Positions 1-12,234 of a stretch of DNA of 64,000 nt are shown here, one piece after another. Source of the DNA: Malacoraja senta. Taxonomy: Eukaryota. The notes beneath the pieces were generated by a model that saw only the letters and a program-made list of their open reading frames with translations, was not told the DNA's origin and did not search any database. The translations under genes were made by a program, and so were the position numbers. Positions within the stretch are counted from its first letter, which is position 1. Every line of letters begins with the position of its first letter. The DNA lies in the NCBI GenBank assembly GCA_038087875.1, contig CM075994.1:1-64000 (forward strand), written 5' to 3'.

Positions 1-29
1 CAAACAGCCCCCTCCCCTCCACCATCCTT

Positions 30-120
30 CCCCTTCCTAAATGAACTTGTGCTCATTTAAACAACTTGTCCTTTAACTCCATTCACTGCCTCCACATGAA
101 CGGTGTCACTATGGGACCAA
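30..120 (+). mobile_element. Penelope RT fragment (degenerate)
   Basis: Translates in pieces to ELVL..NNxSFNS..MNGVTMGT, resembling Penelope RT. Confidence 0.5.
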
Positions 121-154
121 CGTGCTCACAGAGAGGATGTGTGGAACTTTGAAG

Positions 155-398
155 CAAGGAACTGCAGATGCTGGTTAATACACAAAAGGACACAAAGTGC
201 TGGAGCAACTCAGTAGCTCAGGCGGTGTCTCTGGAGAACATGGATAGGGCGTTTTGGGTCGAGACTGAAGTCTGACGAAGGGTCTTGACCCGACATGTCA
301 TCTGAACAGTCTGAATAAGGATCGTAACCCAAAATGTCACCTGTCTATATTCGCCAGAGATGCTGCCTGACCTGCTGAGTTACTCCAGCACTTTGTGT
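155..398. repeat. Penelope-derived fold-back repeat with degenerate hammerhead cores
   Basis: acacaaagtgctggagcaactcag ... ctgagttactccagcactttgtgt inverted arms with two tandem CTGAnnA..-like motifs. Confidence 0.7.
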
Positions 399-459
399 GA
401 AATGTTGCTTCTTTCAAACCCACAAATAAAAGCCCTGATATTTGATGACTATACTGCTT

Positions 460-752
460 AGTTTAGCTTAGAGATAAGCTCTTCGGGCCACCGAGCCCGC
501 TTCAACCAGCAATCACCACACACTAACACTATCCTTCACACACAAGGAGCAATTTTATAATTTTACCAAACCAATTTGCCTATAAATCTACTCATCTTTG
601 GAGTGTAGGAAGAAACCGAAGATCTCGGAGAAAACCCATGCAGGTGACGGGGAGAAAGTACAAACTCCTTACAGACAGCACCTGTAGTCAAGATCGGACC
701 TGCGTGTCTGGTGCTGTGAGGCAGCAACTCTACCGCTGCATCACCATGCCAC
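460..752 (-). mobile_element. tRNA-derived V-SINE (HE1-like)
   Basis: tRNA-like head (GCAGCGGTAGAGTTGCTGCCT), V-domain (GGAGTTTGTAC.TTCTCCCCGT.ACCTGC.TGGGTTTTCTCC), CR1-like tail and (CTAAA)n end. Confidence 0.85.
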
Positions 753-919
753 ATCTGGAGAATTTCACCACGTTTTGGCTGCCAATTGCCACATGGCTCA
801 CACTTTAAATTTATCCATCTCTGGCCCCTTCATTTCTCTATCCGCCCCTGGGACTAAATTAGTGACCAATATCCTCCATAAACCTAGAATAAACTCTATA
901 TGCGCAACATATTAATCCA

Positions 920-1221
920 GTTTAATTAGAGATCCAGCACGGAAACAGGCCCTTCGGCCCACCGTGTCCACATTGATCAGCGATCCCCACGTTCCTACTA
1001 TCCTACACACACTAGGGACAATTTACATTTATACCAAGCCTATTAACCTACAAGCCTGTCCATCTTTGGAGTGTGGGAGGAAACCAAAGATCAAGGAGAA
1101 ACCCCATGCAGGTCATGAGGCAAACGTACAAATTCCGTACAGACAATACCCGCAGTCAGGATCGAACCCAGGTCTCTGGCGCTGTAGGGCAGCAGCTCTA
1201 CTGCTGCACCACCGTGCCGCC
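920..1221 (-). mobile_element. tRNA-derived V-SINE (HE1-like)
   Basis: A-box GGCACGGTGGTGCAGCAG, B-box GGGTTCGATCC, V-domain, tail GGGCCGAAGGGCCTGTTTCC. Confidence 0.9.
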
Positions 1222-1311
1222 CTGCTTCCATCATTTAATGGCTACAAATTGGTAAGACTCTGGATAATGCATAATTAGAAATTCTGTTGCTATCTCATTA
1301 TTTTATGTCAG

Positions 1312-1391
1312 ATTATTATCGAAGGAGTAAGTCGGACGCCACGGAAGGATTTGTTGCGTTTAACAGAGTTTCACGGCAAGACTTGAACAAG
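1312..1391 (+). CDS. Gene A penultimate coding exon (cytoplasmic segment of a receptor-like protein; upstream exons lie outside the window)
   Basis: Non-repeat island with acceptor tcattattttatgtcAG and donor AAG|GTAAGT. 80 nt, phase 1->0, open: (D)YYRRSKSDATEGFVAFNRVSRQDLNK. Phase matches exon 5994-6128. Confidence 0.7.
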
Positions 1392-2209
1392 GTAAGTGGG
1401 CAGTGGGTTAGAGGGAGAAATCATTCGCAAACTAAAATCTGCTGCATCAATTGTGTCAAATAACCCCTCTTCCTTGGCCCAAAATGTTAGCATCTGGAAG
1501 GCAAAGGTAGTGAGTGCGATTCTGGTTGTATACATTTGAGCTGCTGGAGGGTCTGAAGAAGGGTCTCGACCCGCAACATAGTCACCTCTTCCTTTTCTCC
1601 AGAGATGCTGCCTGACCCGCTGAGTTACTCCAGCATTTGGTGCCGAAGCTGCAGGAACTCAGCGTGTCAGGCAGTATCAGGAGAAGGAAATGGACAGCCG
1701 ACATTTCGGGTTGGGACCTTTCCTCTGGACTAAAAGGGTGGGGAGGGGAAAACCAGGAGGGAGTGGGGGGAGGGGGGAGGAAAGAGGTGGCACCTGGTCA
1801 ATGAATCCAGGTTGAGAAGGGCAAGGATTGCTGGATGTAGTTAAACTAAGTTAAAGAGGGATGGTGATAGCAACGGTGGCTGGGATGTGAATGATGGAGG
1901 TGACCAGGGGTTGCAGATGATGGGATCAGATGGGAAGGGATGGTGGTGTCTGGGACCAAAGAAGGGAAATGTGCCGGAAGGCACTGCAGATGCTGGTTTA
2001 AACCGAAGATAGACACAAAACGCTGGAGTAACTAAGAGGGACAGGCAGCATCTCTGGATAGAAGGAATGGGGGTCTGAAGAAGGGTCTCATCCCAAATCA
2101 CCCATTCCTCTCACCAAAGGAGAGAAATTGAGTGGGCAGATGGCAATGAGGAGAGGGGCGGGGTAGAACCTGATGGGAGGAGAGTGTGGGTAATGGGAAG
2201 ATGAGATGG

Positions 2210-2715
2210 TTGAGGAAGAAACTGCTTAATTCATTTAGTCAGGGTGGTGAATCTGTGGATCTCATTGCCACAGACGATGTGGAGGCCAAGTCATTGGGTA
2301 TTTTTAAAGAAGCGATCGACAGATACGTGATTAGTAAGTGTGTCAAGGGTTATGGACGAGGGGGGACCTCATTGAAACTTACCAAAATAGTGAAAGGCCT
2401 GGATAGAGTGGATGTGGAGAGGATGTTTCCACTCATGCGAGAGTCTAGGACCAGAGGTCACACCCTCAGAATAAAAGGACTTTCTTGAGGAAGGAGATGA
2501 GGAGGAAGTTCTTTAGTCAGAGGTGATGAATCTGTGGAATTCATTGCCACAGAAGGCTGTGGAGGTAAGTTAGGCAGAGATAGATAGAGTGGGTGTCATG
2601 GGTTATGGGGAGAAGGCAGGAGAATTGGGTTGAGAGGGTAAAATAGATCAACCATGATTGAACAGCGGAGTAGACGTGATGGGCTGAATGGCCTTATTCT
2701 GCTCCTATGATATAT
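2210..2715 (+). mobile_element. CR1 LINE 3' fragments
   Basis: KGLDRVDVERMFP..ESRTRGH motif and CR1 3'UTR. Confidence 0.85.
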
Positions 2716-3224
2716 TAACATGAGTGGGGGGGGTAAAGTTGTGGGAAAGAAGAGTATGTGTGGATGATAGGGTCGATAGAGGAACAGAGGTGCTTCACAG
2801 GATGGGGAGTGGTCTGTTCTGTTTTAGAGCAGAGGGATCTACGAGTGCAGGTACAAAGTTCCCTGAAAGTGGCCTCACAACTCAATAAGACAATAGACAA
2901 TAGGTGCAGGAGCAGGCCATTTGGCCCTTCGAGCCAGCACCGCCATTCAATGTGATCATGGGTGATAATCCACAATCAGTACCCCATTCCTGCCTTCTCC
3001 CCATATCCCCTGACTCCGCTATTTTTAAGAGCCCCATCTAGCTCTCTCTTGAAAGCATCCAGAGAACCTGCCTCCACCGCCCTCGTGAGGCAGAGAATTC
3101 CACAGACGATCAACAAGGATTTTGGCACATTGGCTTTCATCAGTCAGAGTACTGTGTATAAAAGTTGGAAGAATAGACACAAAAAGCTGGAGTAACTCAG
3201 CGGGACAGGCAGCATCCTGTCGGT

Positions 3225-3790
3225 ATGTCAAGGAGGACTCTCTCGTACTTCTACAGGTGCATAGTAGAAAGCATGCTGACCGGTTGCATCGTGGCTCGGT
3301 TCGGCAACTTGAGCGCCCAGGAGCGTAAATGACTGCAAAAAGTTGTAAACACTGCCCAGTCCATCATCGGCTCTGACCTCCCTTCCATCGAGGGGATCTA
3401 TTGCAGTTGTTGCCTCAAAAAGGCTTCCAGCATCATCAAAGACCCATATCATCCGGGCCACTCACTCATCTCCCCGCTACCTTCAGGTAGTAGGTACAGG
3501 AGCCTGAAATCTGCAACATCCAGGTCCAGGAATAGCTACTTCCCCACAGCCATCAGGCTATTAAACTCAACTCTAACAAAACTCTGATTTTTAAATAGCC
3601 CATTGCACTTGATCTGTTTATTTATGTGTGTGTATATATATATTCATTGGTATATGGTCACAATGATCTGTTCTGTTCTGTATTTATTTATGCCTACTAT
3701 ATTCTGTTGTGTTGAAGCAAAAGCAAGAATTTCATTGGCCTATATGGGACACATGACAATAAACTCTCTTGAATGTTGAATCTTGAATCT
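3225..3790 (+). mobile_element. Rex1/Babar LINE 3' fragment
   Basis: FYRCIVESML...LQKVVNTAQSIIGSDLPSI...LPSGxRYRSL C-terminus with a (TTGAA)-type tail. Confidence 0.8.
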
Positions 3791-4336
3791 CTGGAGACTC
3801 TTCTTCAGACGGTTGACTTATAGCCAATACCCACTGATTCAGGCTGGTTCTGGTAAACCTCTTCTGCGCCCTCTCCAAAGCCTCCACATTCTTTCTGTAA
3901 GGGGGCGACCAGAACTGCACGCAATACTCCAAATGTAGATGAACCAATGTCCAATAAAACTGCATTATGCAAATCTGCACTACCCAACTCTTATATGTAA
4001 TGGCTCGTGCAACGCAGGCAAGCGTACCATACCCTCCTTTACTAATTTGTCTACCTGTGTTGCCATTTTCAGAGACCTGTCGAGCTGTGAGTTACTGAGA
4101 TGCAGCATTTCACAGGAATAAATTTCTACCACCCATTCCTTCCTCTCCAGAGATGCTGCCTGTCCCGCTGAGTTACTCCAGCTTTTTGTGTCTATCTTTA
4201 GTTTAAACCAGCATCTGCAGTTCCTTCCTACACATAGAAGTTGAAAGGTTATGTTACAGCATTACAAGACATTGCTGAGGACACATTTGGAGTGTTGTGT
4301 TCAGTTTTGGTCAACCTGTTATTGGGGTTGATCCCC

Positions 4337-5045
4337 ACCAGGGGGCGCCGCACGATTGCTGCCTCACCAAAGGTCTGTCTCGTCTTTTTCCTTCTTTGTG
4401 GTTTTAGTTTGTTGTAAAATGTTTGTTTTAGTTTATCTTTAGTTTTGTATTATGTGGGGGGGGGGGGGGGAGCTTTAAAAAACCTCTTTCCTTGACCGAG
4501 ATGCGACATTCTCCGTGTCGTGTCTCCGTCCGCGCTGCGGCCAAACACTGTGGAGCTGTCGGCCTCTTGCTGGGACCTCGGAGCTCAAACCGCGAGAGCC
4601 TGCAGACTTAACATCGTCAGCTGGCGATCCCCTTGCCAGGGATCGACCTTGGGAGCTCCAACCGCGGGGGCTTGCGGACTTTAACAACGTGCCTCTCGCG
4701 GTCCCTGGTTAGGGATCGACTTTGGGAGCTTCAAGCCACAGGTGCTTCAACCGCCCCGACGCAGGAGTTTTCATCGCTGGCTGCGGGAGCTTCGATCGTC
4801 CCCACTGCGGATGGTTCAACCCCCCCCCCCCCCCCGACCCCGGGAGAAAAGGAGGAAGGAAGATAAGACTTTATTGCCTTCCATCACAGTGGGGAATGTG
4901 GTGGAGCCGCTGTGGTGGATGTTTATATCACATTTTTATGCCGTTGTGTGTCTTGTTGCTTTTTTTGGTATGACTGTATGGCAAACCAAATCCCTCGTAT
5001 ATTGTAAAACATACTTGGCTAATAAATTACAATTATGATTATGAA
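4337..5045 (+). mobile_element. Non-coding retroelement with Rex1-type tail (copy 1)
   Basis: Starts caccagggggcgc and ends catacttggctaataaa plus microsatellite. Colinear with 20665-21385. Confidence 0.6.
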
Positions 5046-5049
5046 TAAG

Positions 5050-5765
5050 CAGAAAAGGGTGCAGAGAAGATTTACGTTGCCAGGACTCATGGGCCTGAGT
5101 TATGGGGAGAGGTTGAGCAGGCTTGGATTGCAGCAGGATAAGAGGTGATGTTATAGAAGTGTATCAGATCATGAAGAGATTCATGAAGAGATAAATGTAC
5201 AGTCTTTTACCCAGAGTTGCGATATCAAGAGCCAGAGGACACTTAAAGGTGAGGGGGAAAATTTTAATCTGAACCTGAGGGACAACTTTCACACATAGGG
5301 TGGTAGGTATACGGAATGAGCTTCCAAAGGAGGTAGATTTAAAAAGCATTTGGATAGTTTAGTTTAGTGTTTTTTTTAGAGATACAGTGCAGAAACAGGC
5401 CCTTCAATCCAGTCCATACCGAACAGCATCCCTGCATATTAAAACTACCCTACACACACGACTTAAGGCTAAACCTGTATGCCTTTGCAGTGTGGGAGAA
5501 AAATCGAAGATCTTGGAGAAAACACACATACACACTCGTATAGACAGCACCCATAGTCAGGATCGAACTCGGGTCTCTGCCGCTGTAAGGCAGCAACTCT
5601 ACCGCTGCACAACCGTGCTGCCCCAATGTTACCTCGATAGGATAGGTTTAGAAGGATTGGGGCCAAATGAGGCAGATGGGAAAAGTGTAGATGGGGCATG
5701 CTGGTCGGCATGGGCTAGTTGGGCTGAAGGGACCGTTTTCACACTATGACTCTATGACTCCATGT
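5050..5765 (+). mobile_element. CR1 3' fragment interrupted by an antisense HE1-like SINE (~5357-5623)
   Basis: CR1 3' ORF and (CTATGACT)n tail resume after the SINE. Confidence 0.75.
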
Positions 5766-5993
5766 GCAGGCTGTTGAAGCTAATTTAATTTTGGCTTCAT
5801 GTTCAGCGTAGACACTGTGGGCTGAAGAGCCTGTTCCTGTGTTGTACTTTTCCATGTTCTACATTCCAACTTTCCTCTCAAAGTATCTGAAAACTTGGTC
5901 TTCCTCTTTTACCACTTGTTGCCCTGCTGCATACTTTCTTGCATCAACTCAAATATTGCATCCCATAAATTGTCCTCTCTCTGTTCTTCACAG

Positions 5994-6128
5994 GCCCCGG
6001 AATTAAATTCACGGGATGAGATTATATACTGCCTTCTCCAGCTTCCTAAGGCCAACAGCCCAGCAACAACAGATGAACAGGACGCAGGCATTGTCTACGC
6101 TGTTCCACAGAAAGTGCAATGCAGGTGA
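5994..6128 (+). CDS. Gene A terminal coding exon with ITIM-consensus motif
   Basis: Strong acceptor tcctctctctgttcttcacAG. Phase 0: APELNSRDEIIYCLLQLPKANSPATTDEQDAGIVYAVPQKVQCR*. IIYCLL fits [ILVS]xYxx[LV]; IVYAVP is a second Tyr motif. CAG|GTGAAG at the stop could alternatively be a donor. Confidence 0.75.
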   Translation, partial: APELNSRDEIIYCLLQLPKANSPATTDEQDAGIVYAVPQKVQCR

Positions 6129-6861
6129 AGGGCCGGACAGCAGCATTTTGTTGGGAAATTGGATCAGCTAACAGCACCAACAGGGGAAGATGGGCACAAG
6201 GAGAAATATCACAACCCAGGCCTTTCAGAAAAAGATTCAAAGTGCTGGAGTAACTCAGCGGGCCAGGCCGCATCTCTGGAGAACATGGATAAGTGACGTT
6301 TTGGGGTCGGGACCCTTCTTCAGACTGTATGTGGTGGGGGAGGTGGGGGAAGAAAGCTGGAAGAGAATAGAGGTAGGACAAATATTAACGAGTGATAGGT
6401 GGATACAGGTCAGGGAGGCGGGAGGGGTTTGGTAGGCAGATGGTTGGACAAAGTCCAGAGATGAAAAGACAAAAGGTTTGACATGAGAATAGGAGAGTTT
6501 CAAATTGTGAAGCTGGAGGACAAAATGTAAATGGGAAGGGAGAAATGGGTGAGTGCAGATGGGGTACAAGGTAAAGGGGGAGGGAGGGAGAGAACAAAGT
6601 AGAGGGGAGTTGTTGGATACCTGACATTGAAGAATTCCATGTGTAGGAAGGAACTGCAGATGCTGGTTTAGACTGACGATAGACACAAAAAGCTGGAGTA
6701 ACTCAGTGGGTCAGGCAGCATCTCTGGAGAAACGGAATAGGTGATGTTTCGGGTCAGGACGCTACCTGATGAGCATCCAGAGTTGCTGCCTGGCCCGCTG
6801 AGTTACGGCAACTCTTCTAACCTTTTGTGTCTATCTTCAGTAAAGAATTTAATACTTCACT

Positions 6862-7180
6862 TGGCATGGTGGTGCAACGGTAGAATTTCCGCCTCAAAGC
6901 ACCAGAGACCCGGGTTCGATCCTGACCACAGGTGCTCCCTACAATTCTGTAAGCAGTTTGTATGTTCTCCCCGTGATTGTGTGGGTTTTCTCCGGGTGCT
7001 CCGGTTTCCTCCCACACTCCCAAAGACGTGCAGGTTTGTAAGTTAATTGGCTTCAGTAAAATTGTAAATTGTCCCTAGTGTGTGTAGGATAGTGTTCGTG
7101 TGAGGGGATTACTGGTCAGTGCGGTCTCGGTGGGCTGATAGGCCCTGTTTTCCGCGCTGTATCTTTAAACTAGACTAAAG
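6862..7180 (+). mobile_element. tRNA-derived V-SINE (HE1-like)
   Basis: GGCATGGTGGTGCAACGG..GGGTTCGATCC head, V-domain GGGTTTTCTCCGGGTGCTCCGGTTTCCTCCCAC, tail. Confidence 0.9.
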
Positions 7181-7289
7181 TAATTCAATACCTTGAGTAA
7201 AAGATGGTCTCGACCTGAAACGGCACCCATTCCTTCTCTCCAGAGATGCTGACTCTCCCGTTGAGTTACTCCAGAATTTTGTGTCTTTA

Positions 7290-7930
7290 TTTATCCAGAA
7301 AGGAAATTGATCTGCCAACAGACATAAAAATAGAGAAATATGAAACAAAGTGATGTGTGTAAAGGATTGGGGATATGCAAAGATTGGGGGGCGGGGAAGA
7401 GGGGAGTCAGTCTATCCCAGGGACAGAAGGGGGAGGAGTTGTACAGTTTGATAGCCACAGGGAAGAAGGATCTCCTGTGAGGTTGTGTGCTGCATCTTGG
7501 TGGAACCAGTCTGGTGATGAAGGTGCTCCTCAGGTTGACCAGTGTGTCATGGAGGGGGGTGAGCTGCATTCTTCAGGATGCTCCTGCAGTTTGAGGAACA
7601 TCCTCCTCTCCAAGACCAACCTCCCTTGAATACTTTTCAGTACGGAGTCAGCCTTTGCTGATGAGCTTGTTGATCCTATTGGCGTCCGTGGCCTTCGCCC
7701 TGCTGCCCCAGCACACGGCAGCGAAGAAGATGGCACTGGCCACAACCGAATGGTAGAACATCTGCAGCATCTTACTGCAGACACTGAAGGAGCGTAGTTT
7801 TCTCAAAACTACAGCTGGCTCTGCCCCTTCTTGTACAGGGCCTCAGTGCTCCTGGACCAGTCCAGTTTACTGTCCAGGTGAACTCCAAGGTATTTGTACT
7901 CCCTCGGAAACTGCACATCCACACCATTGA
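7290..7930 (-). mobile_element. Rex1/Babar LINE 3' fragment
   Basis: YKYLGVHLD ... RRSFFPVAIKLYNSS. Same subfamily as 32597-33203. Confidence 0.85.
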
Positions 7931-8538
7931 TGGAGGCAGGGGACAGGGGTGCTTGGCTCCTAAAGTCCAGCATTAACATTAACCATTATTACTGTCACTT
8001 TAAATATGCTAGAGTAAAACCCTTTGTTGTGTGGTATCCAGTCAGCAGAAAGACAATACATGATTACAATCGAGCCATTACAGAGTATGGATACAAGATA
8101 ATGGAAATAAGTTTTAGTGCATATAATATGTGATTATAGAACTGCTTCTGTGGCCAGCATGCCAAAGTCGCCTGGGTTGGGCGCCATCTTGGAATGTATC
8201 AAGCTACCCACAGTGCAAGGTAAAAGATAAGGGATGTAACTTTAGTACAAAGATGTTTGTACAAATCTGTACATAGTGGACCCGGCGTGGGGGGGACTGC
8301 CGTGAGGGGGAGGGGGGGGAGAACAAAGGTGAACCTGGCGCGGATGCTTTGTCAGCACTCTTTAAGTGGCGACTATTCGCATACCTTGGGTATGCAAGCA
8401 AAGAATTTCACTGTGACTTGTCACATGTTACAATAAAGCATTCATTCAGACATAACATTGGAATCTGATATAATCTGATTAAAGAAAGTTCAAATAGACA
8501 GCTTATAGAAACAGTGGAATGTCTTAAAATATATAAAC

Positions 8539-8624
8539 TTATTTTGAAGCGTTTCGGATGTGTATTAGTCTGAATATCGGTCCTGTACAGGGGCCATGTT
8601 TTAAAAGTTGTTTAAGTGGAATGC
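8539..8624 (-). CDS. Candidate gene B terminal coding exon
   Basis: Non-repeat island with acceptor ttcttatatcattttattAG. Phase 1: (G)IPLKQLLKHGPCTGPIFRLIHIRNASK*; phase 0: AFHLNNF*. No Tyr motif. Confidence 0.35.
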
Positions 8625-9067
8625 CTAATAAAATGATATAAGAACAAAGCACGATGGTTTGTAAAAAATAGTTAAATTATAAGAATGTGCTGGAATAATT
8701 ATGCATTGCAAATGGCTGCACAACAACAGGCCTTTCCAGCCCAGTATGTTTATGCCACACATCATGTCAAGATAAACTAATCTCTGCTCACACATGATCT
8801 ATATTGCTCCATTTGCTGCATCTTTATTTGCCTACCTAAAAGCTTCATAAAGTACTAGACTAAGGGGGACCCGTTGGGTCCCAGTCACACGGGAGGCGAG
8901 TCCCCAAATGCAAAGCATTCCCCAAGGCAATATTATACCACTAACCCGTTCCCCCAACGCTACCCGTTCCCCCAACGCAATATTCTACCACTCACCAATA
9001 GCCCCTAACTGTGCAGGCGCGGCTCATTTCCCTCATCCCACCAGCACTCCCTCCCCTCTTCTTCATG

Positions 9068-9723
9068 TGTGGGAGGGGAGGGAAGGGGGGTATGTGGCAA
9101 TGGGTGTGTGGGGTGGGAGAGGAGGAGGGGAGGGGTGTGTGTGTGGGTGGGGGAGTGTAGGAGGGGGGAGAGGTGGTGTGGGGAGGGCTTGTGGGGGGCA
9201 GGGGATTGTGGGTGGTGGCGGGAAGGGTGTGTGGGTGGGGGGGCAATGGGCGGTAGTGGAGGAGGGGGTGAGGGGGGGGGTGTATTAGATGGTGGGGGGG
9301 TTGTGGGTGGGGGGTTGTGTGGTCGGGGGGGAGGAGTGTGTGGGTGGGGGAGGGTTGTGGGGGGGAGGGTGAGTCTGGGGGAAAGGGGCAGAGGTGTGTG
9401 TGGGGGAGGGGTGTTGTGGGGGCAAGTGGGAGTGTGGGGGGGAGGGGCGGAGTGTGTGGGCGGAGTGTGTGGGCGGAGGGGGGAGGGGTGTGTGGGCAGG
9501 GGAGTTGTGGGAGGAGGGGTGTGTGTGGGCGGAGGGGGTTGTGGGCGGAGCGGGCAGGGGTGTGTGGGCTGGGGAGTTGTGGGAGGAGGGGTGTGTGGGC
9601 GGGGGAGGGGGAGGGTGTGTAAGCAGGGGAGTGTGTGGGATGAGGGGTGTGTGGGCGGGGGAGGGGGAGGGTATGTGGGCTGGGGAGTTGTGGGAGGAGG
9701 GGTGTGTGGGCGGGGGGAGGGGG
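9068..9723 (+). repeat. G-rich minisatellite / low-complexity tract
   Basis: Recurring ggggagttgtgggaggaggggtgtgtgggcggg units with extreme G/C strand skew. Confidence 0.9.
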
Positions 9724-11915
9724 GTCAAGTTTATTTGTCACATACACATACAAGATGTGCAGTGAAATGAAAGTGGCGATGCCTGCGGGATTGTGCAAAA
9801 CAACGGAACAACAGGACAGAACAAAACCAGTATTTACATTTTAGAAAAAATAAAAAGACACAACACAACAGTAAATTAGTCCCTGGGGAGTTCAGAGTTT
9901 ACAGTCCTAATGGCCTGTGGGAAGAAACTCCGTCTCATCCTCTCTGTTTTCACAGCATGGCAACGGAGGAGTTTGCCTGACCGTAGCAGCTGGAACAGTC
10001 CGTTGCTGGGGTGGTAGGTGTCCCCCATAATGTTGCTGGCTCTGGATCTGCACTTTCTGATGTATAGGGAGGTTTCACGACAGTCGGGTCACGACCCCAT
10101 GACCCGTACTGTTGCTACGCTACACCAACTGGAGTACACGCGATGAACTGCGGGTAAGCACTTACCATTGTTTCCAGTGTAGCGGGCCCGTTAAAACCCG
10201 CCGAAATGGTCAATTTTTGCGCTGTAAATAATTATGGAAATCGGGATAAGCGTGGGAGACATTTAGCCAACTTCAGAATTCAAAAAGTGAGGAGAAATGA
10301 CGGTAGATAGAAGCGAGAGCTGAAGGAACAACAACAGCCAAAGTGCTTGTCGAACAGTGGCCGTTTGCTCACTGCATTTCATCAACTAAGGCATTATTTG
10401 TGTTTTTTCTTGATTCCTTTGGCATCTAAAAAGTTTCAGAAGCAATAAATCTGGCTGTAAAATTTTAAAATCGCCCATGGTTCTCGTGGGTTTTTACATA
10501 CAAAACTAAAACGCCTCTGAAGCAAAATTTACAACCAGATTTACCACTTCTGAGACTTTTTAGATACCAAAGAAATCAAGAAAAAAAACAAATAATGCCT
10601 TACTGTTGATGAAATGCAGTGAGCAAACGCGATAATTCCCAATATTTTCAATTCCGATATCTGCATGGTCAATGTTCACCAAGCACTTTAGCTGTTGTTG
10701 CCCCTTCAGCTCTCGCTTCTCTATACCTTCATTTCGCTTCACTTTTGGAATTCTGAAGTTGGGTACATGTCTCTCACACTTACCCCGACTTCCACAATTT
10801 TTTACAGCGAACAAATTCAACATTTTGGCGGTTTTTAACAGGTAGGAAAGTATGCGTTTCTTGAATTAATAACATGTACCGGAAGTGACGGATGTCTTCC
10901 AGATGGATTAAGCGGCTTTATGCGTCAAGCCCTATGACCCGGTGACCTTACGTGCAACCCCCCTATAGATCCTGCAGGGGGGCGAGTGAAGTTCCCATAG
11001 TACGTTCGGCCGAACACACTATTCTCTGTGGAGCTTTCCTGTCCTGGGCAGAGCTGTTCCCAAACCAGATTGTGATGTTTCCTGACAAGATGCTTTCTAG
11101 AGCCCAGAGTAGAAGCACTGAAGGATCCTCAGAGAGACTCAGAATTTCCTCAGCTGCCTGAGGTGGTAATGGCGCTGCCTTGCCTTACTCACCAGTGCGG
11201 CAGAGTGTGTGGTCCATGTCAGATCCTCTGTGATGTGGACTCCCAGGTATTTAAAGCTGCTCCTATCCACAGTATCCCCATTCATCTCCAGTGGCGTGTA
11301 CGTCCTCAGATGTTGAGCCCTTCTAAAGTCCACAATCAGCTCCTTAGTTTTTGTGACACTCATGAAGAGGCTGTTATCCTGACACCAGAGTGCCAGATCA
11401 GCCACTTCCTCCAGGTAGGCTTACTCATCGTTGTCAGAGATCAGGCCCACCACCACAGTGTCATCAACAAACTTGATGATGAAGTTGGAGCTGAACCTGG
11501 CCACACAGTCATGTGTGTACAGGGAGTACAGTAGGGGGTTGAGGACACAACCCTGGGGGGATCCTGTGTTCAGGGTGAGGGGTTTGGAGGTGTGTCTACC
11601 CATCTTAACCACCTGGGGCCTGGCGGTCAGAAAGTCCAGGACCCAGGCACACAGGGGAGTGTTCAGTCCTAGTTCCAGCAGCTTCACAGCAAGTCTGGTG
11701 GGGACTATGGTGTTTAAAGCTGAACTGAAATCAATGAACAGCAGCCTCACATAGCCCCCCTTCTTGGCTGTCAAGGTGAGAGAGAGCGGTGTGCAGAATC
11801 TGGGAGACTTCATCATCCGTGGATCTATTCGGACGGTATGCGAACTGCAGCAGGGCCATGTTGCGAGGGAGGAAGGCACAGATGTGGTTCTTGACCAGCC
11901 TCTCGAAGCATTTCA
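9723..11915 (-). mobile_element. Rex1/Babar LINE (RT to 3' tail) split by a DNA transposon
   Basis: [47 protein letters not shown] motifs; tail near 9723. Confidence 0.9.
10066..10964. mobile_element. Non-autonomous TIR DNA element (ISL2EU-like by termini)
   Basis: TIRs AGGGAGGTTTCACG / CGTGCAACCCCCCT in tat|...|ata context (AT or TATA duplication). Internal inverted duplication ~10150-10460 vs ~10545-10840. Related right end at ~47550-47704. Confidence 0.7.
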
Positions 11916-12045
11916 GAATATTTTTCACTAAAGCATAGCAGGCTGAGGATTGACTTTAATGGGGTTTACAAACTCATGAGAGGCATAGATAAGTTGAATG
12001 ATGGTGGGAGGTTGACTGAAAGTGGGCCATCAGCTAAATGCTCAC

Positions 12046-12101
12046 ATATCTTCGAGAAATAACTAAATTCTTCAATTCCGTTGACAAAGTAGATCTCTTA
12101 T
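12046..12101 (-). CDS. Candidate gene B cytoplasmic exon
   Basis: ctttgtgtccAG ... TAT|GTGAGC, 56 nt, phase 1->0, open: (D)KRSTLSTELKNLVISRRY. The acceptor tract lies in a Penelope-derived repeat, so it may be fortuitous. Confidence 0.35.
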
Positions 12102-12234
12102 CTGGACACAAAGTGCAGGTGTAACTCAGCAGGTCAGGCAGCATCTATGGAGAACGAGGATAAATTACGTTTCAGGTCGAGACTTTTCCTCCGACTTGAA
12201 ATGTCACCTATCCAGGTTTAGTTTAGTTTTGTCA

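Noticed and set aside
8908..9844. Long Pro/His- and Gly-rich ORFs (up to 268 aa)
   Set aside because: Artefacts of a G-rich minisatellite that lacks stop codons in most frames.
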